NCBI GenBank assembly: GCA_002313895.1
Contig: DCAW01000079.1
Coordinates: 1 to 61,239 of the forward strand
DNA from: Dehalococcoidia bacterium UBA1123
GTDB lineage: Bacteria; Chloroflexota; Dehalococcoidia; Lucifugimonadales; UBA1123
Reading direction: 5' to 3'
DNA: 61,239 nt
Shown here piece after piece: positions 9,113 through 18,454 of this stretch. The notes beneath the pieces are model-generated. The model searched no databases. It saw only the letters and a list, made by a program, of their open reading frames with translations, and was not told where the DNA came from. The position numbers and the translations under genes were made by a program. Each line of letters starts with the position of its first letter. The first letter of the stretch is position 1.

Positions 9113-10416
9113 GTGACGTTCAGAATTAGAAAATATGTGCTAAAAGAGGTTTGCGACAATAATAACATCAGAGAGACTCCAATCCCAAACACCACGAGGA
9201 CATCGCGATATCCGGTGGACAGCGAGGCGAGGCTGGCCGAATTGTGGGGTCGCGCTCATCGCTTGTGCGAGTTTTTGGAGACGCCAGACGGATACAGATA
9301 CCGCGTTGTGCATCCAGGAGTGCAAAATACCTCTGCCGACCCTGACTTTCAGGGCGCAGTCCTTGAAAATTCCGACGGTCGACCCATCGTGGGCGACATT
9401 GAGCTTCACTTCGCGGCCCGTGACTGGTACTCGCACAACCACCATGCTGATGCGAATTACAACAGTGTTGTGCTGCATGTCGTGATCAACGGCGGCAAGG
9501 ATCGAGCCACTTTTCAACAGCCGGAGATGATCTCACCAGTGGCAAAATTTCCAGAAATTGCGCTTTTAGAATCCGGCGGCCAACCCCATCTGAGTTTCGA
9601 TTGCATTTCGGGACTAGGAATTGAAGATATTGGCAATATGTTGGACACAATGGGCGACAAGAGGTTCAGCGCCAGAAGTCACGGGTTTGAATTGGAACTG
9701 TCGGCTAGCGAAAATCCCGACCAGGTTCTCTACGCGCTTTGATGGAGGCTTTGGGTTTTCGGATAAATCAGACACCCTTCAGATTGCTGGCGAATTTGCC
9801 GCCTTACATGACTTTTCATCGACACCGTAATGAACCGTACGAAACCCGAGTTGCTGTGATCGAACCATCGCTGATGTCTGCCTCTGTGTTGTTGCCGGGG
9901 TTGATGAGCAGCCCCCGTAAATCGCAACAGGAACGACTTGCCCGAAAGTCGAGAAGATCGCGAAAGCTGAGATTTGAAGAATGGACGTTGTTCAGGGTGC
10001 GTCCGAACAATCATCCCGCCCAAAGGATTTTTGGATTCGCCCGGGTCCTGGCGAGATCGACCGTCGTTGGCCTCACAGCGGTATTCAAAAAAGCGATTCT
10101 TCAGCAGAATGTATCCGGCGTTATTGAAGCGCTGGAAGAGCGCCCCTCCATAGACAGGATAAGGGCGCAAGAAATGACCGTCAACGTCGCGCTGTCGTAT
10201 CTCCATAGCTTTGGAGTTATTAGCGAAGACCTGCAACTGGGCTTTGTATCTCAATGGGTATCGGTCGTTGAAGGCCTTGTCGCCATACGGGTCAGAAGTG
10301 AGGTTCGCAGAGAGTATTGGCGTGCCGACCGACCGGCAATTCATCAAAACGGCGAGGCGACAGCAAGGCTTGTTGCATCTTCAGAAACATTTCGCGGAAC
10401 ATACCGAGAGTTTTGA
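9113..10416 (+). pseudogene. DUF2851-family gene split by a 1-nt frameshift
   Basis: ORF 9113..9742 contains the family core PDFQGAVLENSDGRPIVGDIELHFAARDWYSHNHHADANYNSVVLHVV and ends at ...DQVLYAL*. ORF 9739..10416 continues with MEALGFRINQTPFRLLANLP in the next frame. The junction is at the T-run 9738-9740. Confidence 0.6.
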
Positions 10417-10448
10417 GTTACAACAATCTGCGATCTGACGTTATGGGA

Positions 10449-11132
10449 TTACAATTCGACCGAGGCAAGCAGTTTTTCGACTGCAGATATCAGGCCCGAG
10501 TGGCGGATCGGGTCAGCAAACTCGATTGCCATGTTCCAATCGACGACAGCGGATTCGGTATTCCCTTGTTGTTCGTGAAGGATTCCTCGATCGACATAAG
10601 CGCCAGGGAATTCAGGCTCCAGTGCTATCGCCTTGTCGTAGTCTTCCAAGGCCAACTCATACCGCTCGTCACCGAAGAACGCCCGACCCCGTCCGTGGAA
10701 AGCCCTGGAGAAGTCTGGAAGTTTACGAATCACCAGATCGAATTGAGCGATGGCGAGGTCGAATTCCTGCACCTCCAGTAGCCGCACGGCGCGGCTGTAC
10801 TCGAACAGGCCAGCAGATTGTGACGCCGGTGTGGGCGAAGGGGTTGGCTCTGGCGTGGCGGTCGGCGCAGGAGTTGGCGACGGGACAGGCGTTGCCGTAG
10901 GGAGCGGAGTGATGGTTGGCTCCGGCGTCGGGACTGCCGTGGCGGTCGCGGTTGGCGGAACGGCAGTTGGCGCAGGCGCAATAGTCGGCTGCGCCTCCGG
11001 TTCCGAACTCGAACAGGCCGCGATAAGGAGGGCGAAAGTGGGAAGAGCCACAAGAATTAATCGAGATTTTAGGGCAGATAGTTGCAACAATTTGGCATCT
11101 CTTGGTATTTGATATGTCGGTTCGAATAGCAT
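10449..11132 (-). CDS. TPR-repeat lipoprotein with a Pro/Thr-rich linker
   Basis: Signal peptide plus lipobox LLIAAC, a roughly 58-aa P/T/A linker, then TPR-like repeats (AIAQFDLVIRKLPDFSRAFHGRGRAFF..., ALEDYDKAIALEPEFPGAYVDRG). Start chosen at ATG 11132. Confidence 0.7.
   Translation of the reverse strand: MLFEPTYQIPRDAKLLQLSALKSRLILVALPTFALLIAACSSSEPEAQPTIAPAPTAVPPTATATAVPTPEPTITPLPTATPVPSPTPAPTATPEPTPSPTPASQSAGLFEYSRAVRLLEVQEFDLAIAQFDLVIRKLPDFSRAFHGRGRAFFGDERYELALEDYDKAIALEPEFPGAYVDRGILHEQQGNTESAVVDWNMAIEFADPIRHSGLISAVEKLLASVEL
10827..11000 (-). repeat. Low-complexity Pro/Thr/Ala coding tract (linker of the TPR lipoprotein)
   Basis: Translation is PEAQPTIAPAPTAVPPTATATAVPTPEPTITPLPTATPVPSPTPAPTATPEPTPSPTP. 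The DNA is a degenerate CCN/ACN repeat. Confidence 0.6.
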
Positions 11133-11457
11133 ATCGGCTGGCCCTGAATCTGCTATTTTTAAATTCAGGCAGTGTGACTTTAATGTTGTAAGTTTCGTCC
11201 AGGGGTGTGATTTTTTCGGACGCGTGTCTCGGCCGGTTTCACGCATATTCTGGTGATCCTGAAATCGATTGCCCCTATTGTAATACGTGAAAACGCATAT
11301 CAAAGGTTCTCATTTCAATCTCACACTAGCATTTTTGAAGGCTAACGGTAACGCCGGGTCAATTTGTTGACTGGTATTCCCAAATTCGTGTCGTTGCAAT
11401 AAAGTATGACCGCACGACGTGCAATGTCCGAAAACCTGGTTAAATGAGGAAATCGAC

Positions 11458-11982
11458 GTGATACGAAGTCTAGACGGCATGACGCCAAAAATCCACCCGA
11501 CAGCATTTATCAGCGAATTTGCCTATGTAATTGGCGATGTGGAAATCGGAGAAGGCTCCAGTGTGTGGCCCGGGTCTGTGGTTCGGGCGGACATGGGGAG
11601 CATCAAAATCGGCAAAAACACCTGCGTTCAGGACAACTCCGTCGTCCACGGTGACGACGATGTGGTGATCGGTGACGACGTCGTGATCGGACATCGAGTG
11701 CTGTGCCACGCCAAGTCCGTCGGGGACAGGACCATTCTGGGTAACGGGGCAACCGTGAATGATGGTGTGGAAATAGGCGCAGACTGCATTATAGCGTCGG
11801 CGAGCATGGTGCTGGAGAACATGGAAATTCCAGACGGCTCTATCCTCCACGGGACACCGGGCCGCGTGCGAGGGGAGGTGGAGGAGCGACACAAAGAGCT
11901 ATCCAAATACTATCGGGACATCTATGTCGAAAAGACCAAGCGCTACAAGCGGCAAGGCAACCTGGAATCTGAAAGGCCGTAA
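11458..11982 (+). CDS. Gamma-carbonic-anhydrase-like / hexapeptide-repeat (LbH) protein
   Basis: PKIHPTAFISEFAYVIGDVEIGEGSSVWPGSVVRAD...IGKNTCVQDNSVVHGD shows a left-handed beta-helix hexapeptide pattern. The GTG 11458 start follows GAGGA; ATG 11479 is an alternative. Confidence 0.75.
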   Translation: MIRSLDGMTPKIHPTAFISEFAYVIGDVEIGEGSSVWPGSVVRADMGSIKIGKNTCVQDNSVVHGDDDVVIGDDVVIGHRVLCHAKSVGDRTILGNGATVNDGVEIGADCIIASASMVLENMEIPDGSILHGTPGRVRGEVEERHKELSKYYRDIYVEKTKRYKRQGNLESERP

Positions 11983-11990
11983 CCTGCCAG

Positions 11991-13667
11991 CTACATATGC
12001 TCCGGCGCAGACATACTCATGAGGTCAAGGCAATTCGCAACGACGCTTTTTGCCGCCTGACACAATCTTAGACGCGCCTTGGTCAGTTCCTCGTCGCCCT
12101 CGACGTTGGAGACAACCCGACACTGCTGATAAAACCAGTGGAATGCGGTGGCAAGTTCCTGGGCGTAGTGGGGCAGATGGTGTGATTCCAGAGTTTTAGC
12201 CATCGTCTCGATCAGCTCTGGAAGCGCCAGCATCTTGCGGATTAGCGCAAGCTCCGCTTCATGGGTCAGTAGAGACAAATCTGCGTCCGAAAATTCGATC
12301 TCGCGCTCTTGAGCAAGCTTGAAAATCTGGGCCGTGCGAGCGTGGGCGTACTGTATGTAGAATACAGGATTCTCGTTGGATTGCTCTTTCGCCAACTCGA
12401 GGTCAAACTCCATCTGGGTCTCGGCGGCGCGGGATTGGAAGAAGTATCGGCAGGCGTCAACCCCCACTTCGTCCACAAGCTCGTCGATAGTGATGATGTT
12501 GCCGGCCCGCTTGGAAGCGCGGACCAACTCGTCCCCGCGCTTGAAGCTGACCATCTGATAAAGCATCATATCCAATCGGTCGGGGTCGAATCCCAGAGCC
12601 TTGACCGCCGTTTTCATTCTGTTCACGTGGCCCTGATGGTCGGCTCCCCAGATATTGATCACGCGGTCGAATTTGCGATTGTTGAATTTGTCGTAGTGGT
12701 ACGCAATGTCAGAGGCGAAGTAGGTGTGCTGTCCATTGCTTCGGATTATGACGTTGTCCTTGTCCTCGCCGAGCGCCGAGGAAGTGAACCACTTGGCCCC
12801 GTCGCGCTCTTCCCAGTATCCGGCGTCCTTAATGATCTTAATCGCCTCGTCGAAGGTTCCCGAATCGAATAGCGATTCTTCGCTGAACCACTCGTCGTAC
12901 TTCACTCCGATACGGCCCAACCTCTCACGAATGTCATCAACCATCCGGTTCAGGCCGCGTTGACCTAACCGATGTGTGGCATCTTCGGTTTCGAGGCTTA
13001 GATACTTATCGCCGTCCTCGGATTTGATGTCTGCGGCCAAGTCGATCATGTAGTCGCCCTGATATCCGTTCTCAGGAATCTCGGCGTCTTTGCCAAACTG
13101 CTGGAGGTAACGGGCATAGAGGGACTTGTAGAACAGTTCCATCTGGTTGCCCGCGTCGTTGACGTAGTATTCTCGCTGAACGTCGTAACCTGCTGCATCC
13201 ATGATATTCGCTAGCGCGCTGCCGATGACGGCGCCTCGCACGTGTCCAACATGCAACGGGCCGGTGGGATTCACGCTCACAAATTCAACCTGTACGCGTT
13301 GGTCTTGACCGAAGTCGCTCCGACCGAACGATTTGCCCGCGTCAATGATGACATCCACCTGTTGAGCAAGCCAGGGCGGGTTCAGGGCGAAGTTGATGAA
13401 ACCGGGTCGCGCTGTCCAGACGCGACTAAGAACCTCGTCTGTGGGGATGCCCTCTGCAATCTTGTCGGCGATGGTTAGAGGATTCATCTGCATTGACCTC
13501 GCCAGTTTCAGTGGAAGGCTGCAAGAGAAATCGCCGTTTTCGATGTTGTTCGGCCTCTCGATGGCCGGGTCCTCGACTTCTGTGTCAGGCAAGTCTCCCT
13601 TTGATTGAGACTCGCTGAGGGAGTTCAGGACGAGTTCGGAGATTTTGAGTCGTGTTGTCGGTTGCAT
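11991..13667 (-). CDS. argS: Arginine--tRNA ligase
   Basis: A class I HIGH-type motif (PTGPLHVGHVRG), ArgRS-like N- and C-terminal domains, and a terminal ...APEHM. The start is ambiguous: ATG 13667 or TTG 13742. Confidence 0.9.
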   Translation of the reverse strand: MQPTTRLKISELVLNSLSESQSKGDLPDTEVEDPAIERPNNIENGDFSCSLPLKLARSMQMNPLTIADKIAEGIPTDEVLSRVWTARPGFINFALNPPWLAQQVDVIIDAGKSFGRSDFGQDQRVQVEFVSVNPTGPLHVGHVRGAVIGSALANIMDAAGYDVQREYYVNDAGNQMELFYKSLYARYLQQFGKDAEIPENGYQGDYMIDLAADIKSEDGDKYLSLETEDATHRLGQRGLNRMVDDIRERLGRIGVKYDEWFSEESLFDSGTFDEAIKIIKDAGYWEERDGAKWFTSSALGEDKDNVIIRSNGQHTYFASDIAYHYDKFNNRKFDRVINIWGADHQGHVNRMKTAVKALGFDPDRLDMMLYQMVSFKRGDELVRASKRAGNIITIDELVDEVGVDACRYFFQSRAAETQMEFDLELAKEQSNENPVFYIQYAHARTAQIFKLAQEREIEFSDADLSLLTHEAELALIRKMLALPELIETMAKTLESHHLPHYAQELATAFHWFYQQCRVVSNVEGDEELTKARLRLCQAAKSVVANCLDLMSMSAPEHM

Positions 13668-13742
13668 GATATTATTGGGCGCAGTCCGAGGTTCCTTGAT
13701 TAAATTGTTCGGTTGATTCGGTTGTGCTGAGTTTGGAGGCAA

Positions 13743-14807
13743 CTATTTCCAAACGTCTATTAGCACGCCGCTGTCGAGATCAGACTGGTCGACTATTTCA
13801 CCGATCACGGCACGGGTCTGAACTCCAGACGACTCAAGCTCTGACAACAACTCCGCCGCTTTGTCCGACTGGACGGAGATCAAGAGACCGCCAGAGGTTT
13901 GGGCATCAGCCAGCAATATCGGAGCGTTGTCATACAGCCCGTCAGCAAACGCGGTGTATTTTTCGGCGCTGTTGAGATTTCGGTGGGTTCCGCCTGGCGC
14001 AATACCGGAGTCAACCAGATCGAACACGCCATCCATGAACGGAATGTCGCCGAACCTAAGTCTGGCGCCGACGCCGCTGGCGACGGTCATGCCGTGAAGG
14101 TGACCCAGGAGACCAAATCCGGTGACGTCAGTGCAGGCGTTCACTCCAACACGCATCATCGCCTCGGCGGCGGCTTTGTTGAGAGTTGCCATGATGTCGA
14201 TAGCGTCAGCCAGCAATTGTTCTGCGATCTTTTGCTGCTTGCCTGCCGTAGTTATTATGCCCATGCCCAGTGGTTTGGTCAGGACGAGAGTGTCTCCGGG
14301 CTTGGCGTCGGCGTTCGAGACTTGATTCCCGGGTTTCACGATACCGGTGACGGCCATTCCATATTTGGGTTCCGCGTCATCGACCGTGTGGCCCCCCACG
14401 ATCAGGACTCCAGCCTCAGCCGCTTTGTCTGCCCCGCCTTTCAGGATATTTCCCAAGATGTCTTTGGGCAGGCCGACAGGAAATCCGACGATGTTCAGGG
14501 CGAGAATCGGCTTTCCTCCCATCGCGTAGACATCGCTCAGGGCGTTGGCGGCCGCGATCCGCCCGAAATCGGTAGGGTCGTCTACGACCGGCGGGAAGAA
14601 ATCCACTGTCTGAATCAACGCCAAGTCGTCGTTCATCCGATAGACAGCGGCGTCATCTGCGGTGTTGATTCCGACCAACAGGTTAGGATCGGTGACTGGT
14701 GGTAGCTGACGCAGTACCTGCGCCAGGTCCTCTGGACTAAATTTGGCCGCTCAACCAGCGCAAGATGCAAGCTCTGTGAGGCGGATGTGCTCGTGAATCT
14801 GAGTCAA
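13743..14807 (-). CDS. selD: Selenide, water dikinase (selenophosphate synthetase) with in-frame UGA (Sec) at codon 19
   Basis: Tracked ORF 13743..14678 lacks the N-terminus. Reading upstream in the same frame gives MTQIHEHIRLTELASCAG-U(TGA 14751-14753)-AAKFSPEDLAQVLRQLPPVTDPNLLVGINTADDAAVY. This aligns with E. coli SelD ...IRLTQYSHGAGCGCKISP...DPNLLVG..DDAAVY, placing U on catalytic Cys17. TTG start at 14807. Confidence 0.85.
14706..14726 (-). promoter_or_regulatory. Candidate bacterial SECIS hairpin of selD
   Basis: CUGGCGCAG-GUA-CUGCGUCAG has a 9-bp stem with one G.U pair. It starts 25 nt after the UGA, and its apical loop contains GU about 34-36 nt downstream. Confidence 0.45.
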
Positions 14808-14866
14808 TGGTCCCTCGCTTTGGTTTAACTCATGCAGTGATCGATTGCCGACAATTATAGCAAAGC

Positions 14867-16315
14867 CTACATTACTGGGTGGCCTGACGGAGCATAGGCC
14901 GCAAGCTCGCGATTGCCGGGCAGGAATTTGGCGTTGCCCATTTCGCGCTTCATTTCGCCGTCCTCTATGATGATTTCTCCGCGCTGCATCGAGAACACCG
15001 GCTTGCCCAGAACCTCTTTGCCTTCGAACATCGTGAAATCGGCTATACAATGCTGTGCATCGGCGCTGAGGGTGTGGGCCACCGACGGATCGAACAGCAC
15101 GATGTCGGCGTCTGATCCAGGCTCTATCGCGCCTTTTTGCGGGTACAGGCCGAAAATCTTGGCCGGATTTTCGCTCATCACCTGAACCAGCCTAGGAAGC
15201 GTTATGCGTCCGTTGTTCACGCCTTCTTCGTAGGCGACGCACAGCATTTGCTCGGCCCAGTTCCCGCCGAAACTAGCGTCGAAGATACTTGCCTCGGTGC
15301 TCACTTCGGACTGGTCTTCGATGACCGCGCTCTGGCCGCCGGTGGATTTCTGTGACTTCTTGAATCCGCAAAAGTCGCTGGCAATCGTGTCGATAAGTCG
15401 GGAGTCCAGGCCGCGCCACATAGCTTCATTGTCTTCGCGTTCCCGCAAGGGAGGCCCGATTTTCGCCAGCGGGCCGTGGTCGAGCATAGCCTGGTTAGTC
15501 AGGTCGAGGTACTGAGGGCAGGTCTCGCCATACAATCTCAGTCCGTCGCCTTTGAATTTTTCGAGGCTGGCTAGAATCTCCCTTGCGCTCAGGTGGACAA
15601 CGTATAGCGGACAATCCGTGACCGTCGCGTACGTGGCGGCCCGATTGAACGCTTCGATTTCTAGAATACGTGGCTGAGTAGGCGCATAGTATTCTTTTGA
15701 TGTGTGACCTTCGGCAGTGAAGTTATCGACCAGATGGTCGATGCAGTAGCCGTTCTCGGCGTGGACCATCGCGATTCCGCCGTCACGCGACGCCAACTCC
15801 ATCGCTCTGAGCATCTTGTCGTCCGGCATCATCATGCCGCGTCGGGGGTAGGTCATGAACATCTTGAAGGATATGACACCCATCTCGATGAGTCTTGGCA
15901 CCTGGTACTCGACATCATCGTCGCCTACGAGTATCGCGTGGATACCAAAATCGAGATAAGAAGTCTCGTGGGCCTCGTCCAGGAAGCGGTTGACTGCGTC
16001 AAGCGTCGTGCCTTCGATGCCGATCGCGCGTTGGTGTTGGATAAATGGGACGACCGTAGTGATGCCTCCAAATGCGGCGCTGAGAGAGAATGTCTCGATT
16101 CGGTCGGCGTTGATGGGGTGGTTGTGTGCGTCGATTATCCCTGGAAAAACGTAAGCGCCGCTGGCGTCGATGGTCCGCTTCGCGCCGTCATTGGGCAGGT
16201 CTGTGCCCACTGCCTCAATCTTGCCGTCCTTGATAAGCACGTCTTCTCGCGTGACTCCGGTGCCGCGGACCAACAGGCCGCCGGAAATAATGTAATCGGC
16301 TTTCTGTGAATTCAT
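14867..16315 (-). CDS. Cyclic amidohydrolase (D-hydantoinase / dihydropyrimidinase-like)
   Basis: MNSQKADYIISGGLLV...KIEAVG...GAYVFPGIIDAHNHP shows the amidohydrolase metal-site pattern. ATG 16315 is preceded by AAGGAGA. The tracked 655-aa ORF adds a spurious N-terminal extension. Confidence 0.8.
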   Translation of the reverse strand: MNSQKADYIISGGLLVRGTGVTREDVLIKDGKIEAVGTDLPNDGAKRTIDASGAYVFPGIIDAHNHPINADRIETFSLSAAFGGITTVVPFIQHQRAIGIEGTTLDAVNRFLDEAHETSYLDFGIHAILVGDDDVEYQVPRLIEMGVISFKMFMTYPRRGMMMPDDKMLRAMELASRDGGIAMVHAENGYCIDHLVDNFTAEGHTSKEYYAPTQPRILEIEAFNRAATYATVTDCPLYVVHLSAREILASLEKFKGDGLRLYGETCPQYLDLTNQAMLDHGPLAKIGPPLREREDNEAMWRGLDSRLIDTIASDFCGFKKSQKSTGGQSAVIEDQSEVSTEASIFDASFGGNWAEQMLCVAYEEGVNNGRITLPRLVQVMSENPAKIFGLYPQKGAIEPGSDADIVLFDPSVAHTLSADAQHCIADFTMFEGKEVLGKPVFSMQRGEIIIEDGEMKREMGNAKFLPGNRELAAYAPSGHPVM

Positions 16316-16469
16316 TCGACTCTCCTTTGTGGGTAGTGTCGCCAGTATCTTAACGGGCAGCGTCTGGGTGTCAAGGGCGGCGTGATTGAACGCAGACTGC
16401 GGTGACGGTAGAATGTGGACGGCATCGAAAATCAAAACCGTACCATTCTTGGGATTAGGGGAGGACTTG

Positions 16470-17279
16470 ATGACTGAACACTCAATGACAATTGGAAAAG
16501 TTGAACTGGTATCGTTGACCGACGGTGGCATGGGGCCGGCTGCCACGGACTTTTTCCCGGACAGCACAATGGACACCTGGAGATCCGAGTTCCCCGAGCT
16601 CTTGGACACCGACGGCAACATCGGGCTCCGGTTGGGTTCGTTGGCGGTCCGTTCAGGTGGCAAGCTGGTCATTGTAGATACGGGCATGCAGTTTCCAGAT
16701 GGCAGTGGCACGCTCATGACTGACATGGCCGAAAAGGGTGTTGACCGTGTAGCCGTTGATCTGGTGGTGATGACCCACCTGCACGCGGACCACGTAGGGT
16801 GGAACCTGACCAACGGAGCCCCGACATTCCCCAACGCGCGGTACTTGGTTCCCCGGACCGACTGGGACTATTGGACCCAACCCGATGTGCTTGCCAGTGC
16901 CGAGCATGTGCAAAATCAAGTCTTGCCTCTGGAAAAACTGAACATCATGGACCTTATCGAGGACGATTACAGCATCACCGACGACCTGACTACGATCGCC
17001 ACGCCGGGCCACACGCCCGGTCACATCTCCATCGTCATCGTCTCCTCCGGTGAGCGGGGATTTATCCTTGGCGACGTGGTCCACAGCCCGGCCCAGGCCC
17101 ATCTAACAGACTGGAACCCGAGCTTCGACATTGACGGGGAAACATCCCGAAAGACCCGACATGCGATTCTGAGCCAGTTGGAGTCTGACCGATCGGTGGT
17201 GGCGTCAGGTCACTTTCCTGACCCAGGATTCGGCAAGTTCGTCCGAGAGTCCGGCCGCCGAATCTGGCAGGGGGTCTGA
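16470..17279 (+). CDS. MBL-fold metallo-hydrolase
   Basis: THLHADHVGW (HxHxDH motif) and later TPGHTPGH. ATG 16470 follows GGGAGGA. Confidence 0.8.
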   Translation: MTEHSMTIGKVELVSLTDGGMGPAATDFFPDSTMDTWRSEFPELLDTDGNIGLRLGSLAVRSGGKLVIVDTGMQFPDGSGTLMTDMAEKGVDRVAVDLVVMTHLHADHVGWNLTNGAPTFPNARYLVPRTDWDYWTQPDVLASAEHVQNQVLPLEKLNIMDLIEDDYSITDDLTTIATPGHTPGHISIVIVSSGERGFILGDVVHSPAQAHLTDWNPSFDIDGETSRKTRHAILSQLESDRSVVASGHFPDPGFGKFVRESGRRIWQGV

Positions 17280-17300
17280 CACTGATTCCTACACGCTTCC

Positions 17301-17762
17301 ATGGATGAGATCGAATCGAGATTCATTTCGAGCCAAAGGGTTGCACACCTGGCGTCTGCCGACGGGACCGGAGCGCCTCATGTCGTGACCATTTGCTTCG
17401 TGCTGGAGGCCGGGGTAATCTACACTGCCATCGACGCAAAACCAAAACGAGTTGACGCTATGAAGTTGCGGCGCGTCCGAAATATTATCGAAAATCCGAA
17501 CGTCGCATTGGTGTTTGATCGGTATAGTGAGGACTGGAATCGAATTGGATACGTGATGGTGACAGGGCAAGGAACCTTGATGGCCGAGGGGGAAGAGAGA
17601 CTAATGGCCGAAACAGCCCTCCGTGAAAAGTATCTTCAGTACCAGGAGATGCTGCCTGTTGGGTGTCCGGTAATCAAAATAGAACCAAAGCGAGTTGTTT
17701 CATGGGGCAACCTCGAACTCGATGAAGGCCCTCGGCCTGATCAAACGAACACATCGCGATGA
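17301..17762 (+). CDS. PPOX-class (pyridoxamine 5'-phosphate oxidase-like) probable F420/FMN-dependent protein
   Basis: 153 aa. ...VAHLASADGTGAPHVVTICFVLEAGVIYTAIDAKPK...LRRVRNIIENPNVALVFDRY resembles the split-barrel F420-dependent family as I recall it. Confidence 0.6.
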   Translation: MDEIESRFISSQRVAHLASADGTGAPHVVTICFVLEAGVIYTAIDAKPKRVDAMKLRRVRNIIENPNVALVFDRYSEDWNRIGYVMVTGQGTLMAEGEERLMAETALREKYLQYQEMLPVGCPVIKIEPKRVVSWGNLELDEGPRPDQTNTSR

Positions 17763-18406
17763 AGATATTCAAGGCCATCGTGATGCTTGGCGCTGTCGCG
17801 ATATTGACCGTCGCTTGTACAGGAACCGACGATGTGCCTGCAGAAATCCGAGCGTTGGCCGAGTTGGACAGAGGGCTGGAGATGCAAGAGGTAGGCAATC
17901 TACAAAAAGCGCAAGAGGCCTATGACGCCGCTACACGTCTGGATCCCCAACTGGCAGAGGGATACGCTCAAAAGGGTTACGTTCGCATCCAATACTCGGA
18001 CATGAACGGCGCTTTAGAGCAGATTAACCGCGCTTTAAATATCGATTCGGAATTGGCGATAGCCTACAATTATCGGGGCCTCATCATGGTATCGGCTAAC
18101 AACATAGACGGGGCGTTATTGGACTTCGCAGAGGCAATCAGGCTTGACCCCACGCTCGTTGAGGCGTACCTCAACCGCAGCAGGCTGTTCATAGAAGAAG
18201 AGGAACTGGAGTCGGCTCTCACCGATTTGGACTCTGCCGTCGAGTTGGAACCTATGTCGCCCAATCTGTTCCTCAATCGAGGCAGAATACACGTTCTCGT
18301 GGGGAATCTTGACCGGGCGACGGCCGACCTGGAGCAAGTGTTGGCGTTGACGCAGGAAGAAGTTTACGTGGTCACCGCTAAAGAGATGCTGGCTTTTATT
18401 CAGTAG
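17759..18406 (+). CDS. TPR-repeat lipoprotein
   Basis: Signal peptide plus lipobox LTVAC, followed by several 34-aa TPR-like repeats. ATGA overlap with the upstream gene. Confidence 0.7.
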   Translation: MKIFKAIVMLGAVAILTVACTGTDDVPAEIRALAELDRGLEMQEVGNLQKAQEAYDAATRLDPQLAEGYAQKGYVRIQYSDMNGALEQINRALNIDSELAIAYNYRGLIMVSANNIDGALLDFAEAIRLDPTLVEAYLNRSRLFIEEEELESALTDLDSAVELEPMSPNLFLNRGRIHVLVGNLDRATADLEQVLALTQEEVYVVTAKEMLAFIQ

Positions 18407-18454
18407 ACGGCTTAATCTCCACTGCAATCGAACACTGACGGTAGGTATCAGGAT

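Noticed and set aside
10827-11000. Repetitive CCN/ACN DNA, considered as a tandem-repeat or VNTR-like element
   Set aside because: It is in frame inside a lipoprotein gene and encodes a Pro/Thr/Ala linker. The repeat units are degenerate, with no exact DNA periodicity.
13899-14705. A 268-aa plus-strand ORF
   Set aside because: It lies antisense to selD and has no motif, so it is a shadow ORF. The same reasoning applies to 9730..10347, 12309..12872, 22546..23100, 23762..24310, 43465..44187 and 47807..48400.
16316-16834. An N-terminal 173-aa extension of the tracked 655-aa ORF (14867..16834)
   Set aside because: The extension is Ser/Pro/Thr-rich nonsense that is antisense to the well-supported MBL hydrolase gene. 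The hydantoinase homology begins exactly at ATG 16315, which has an AAGGAGA Shine-Dalgarno.
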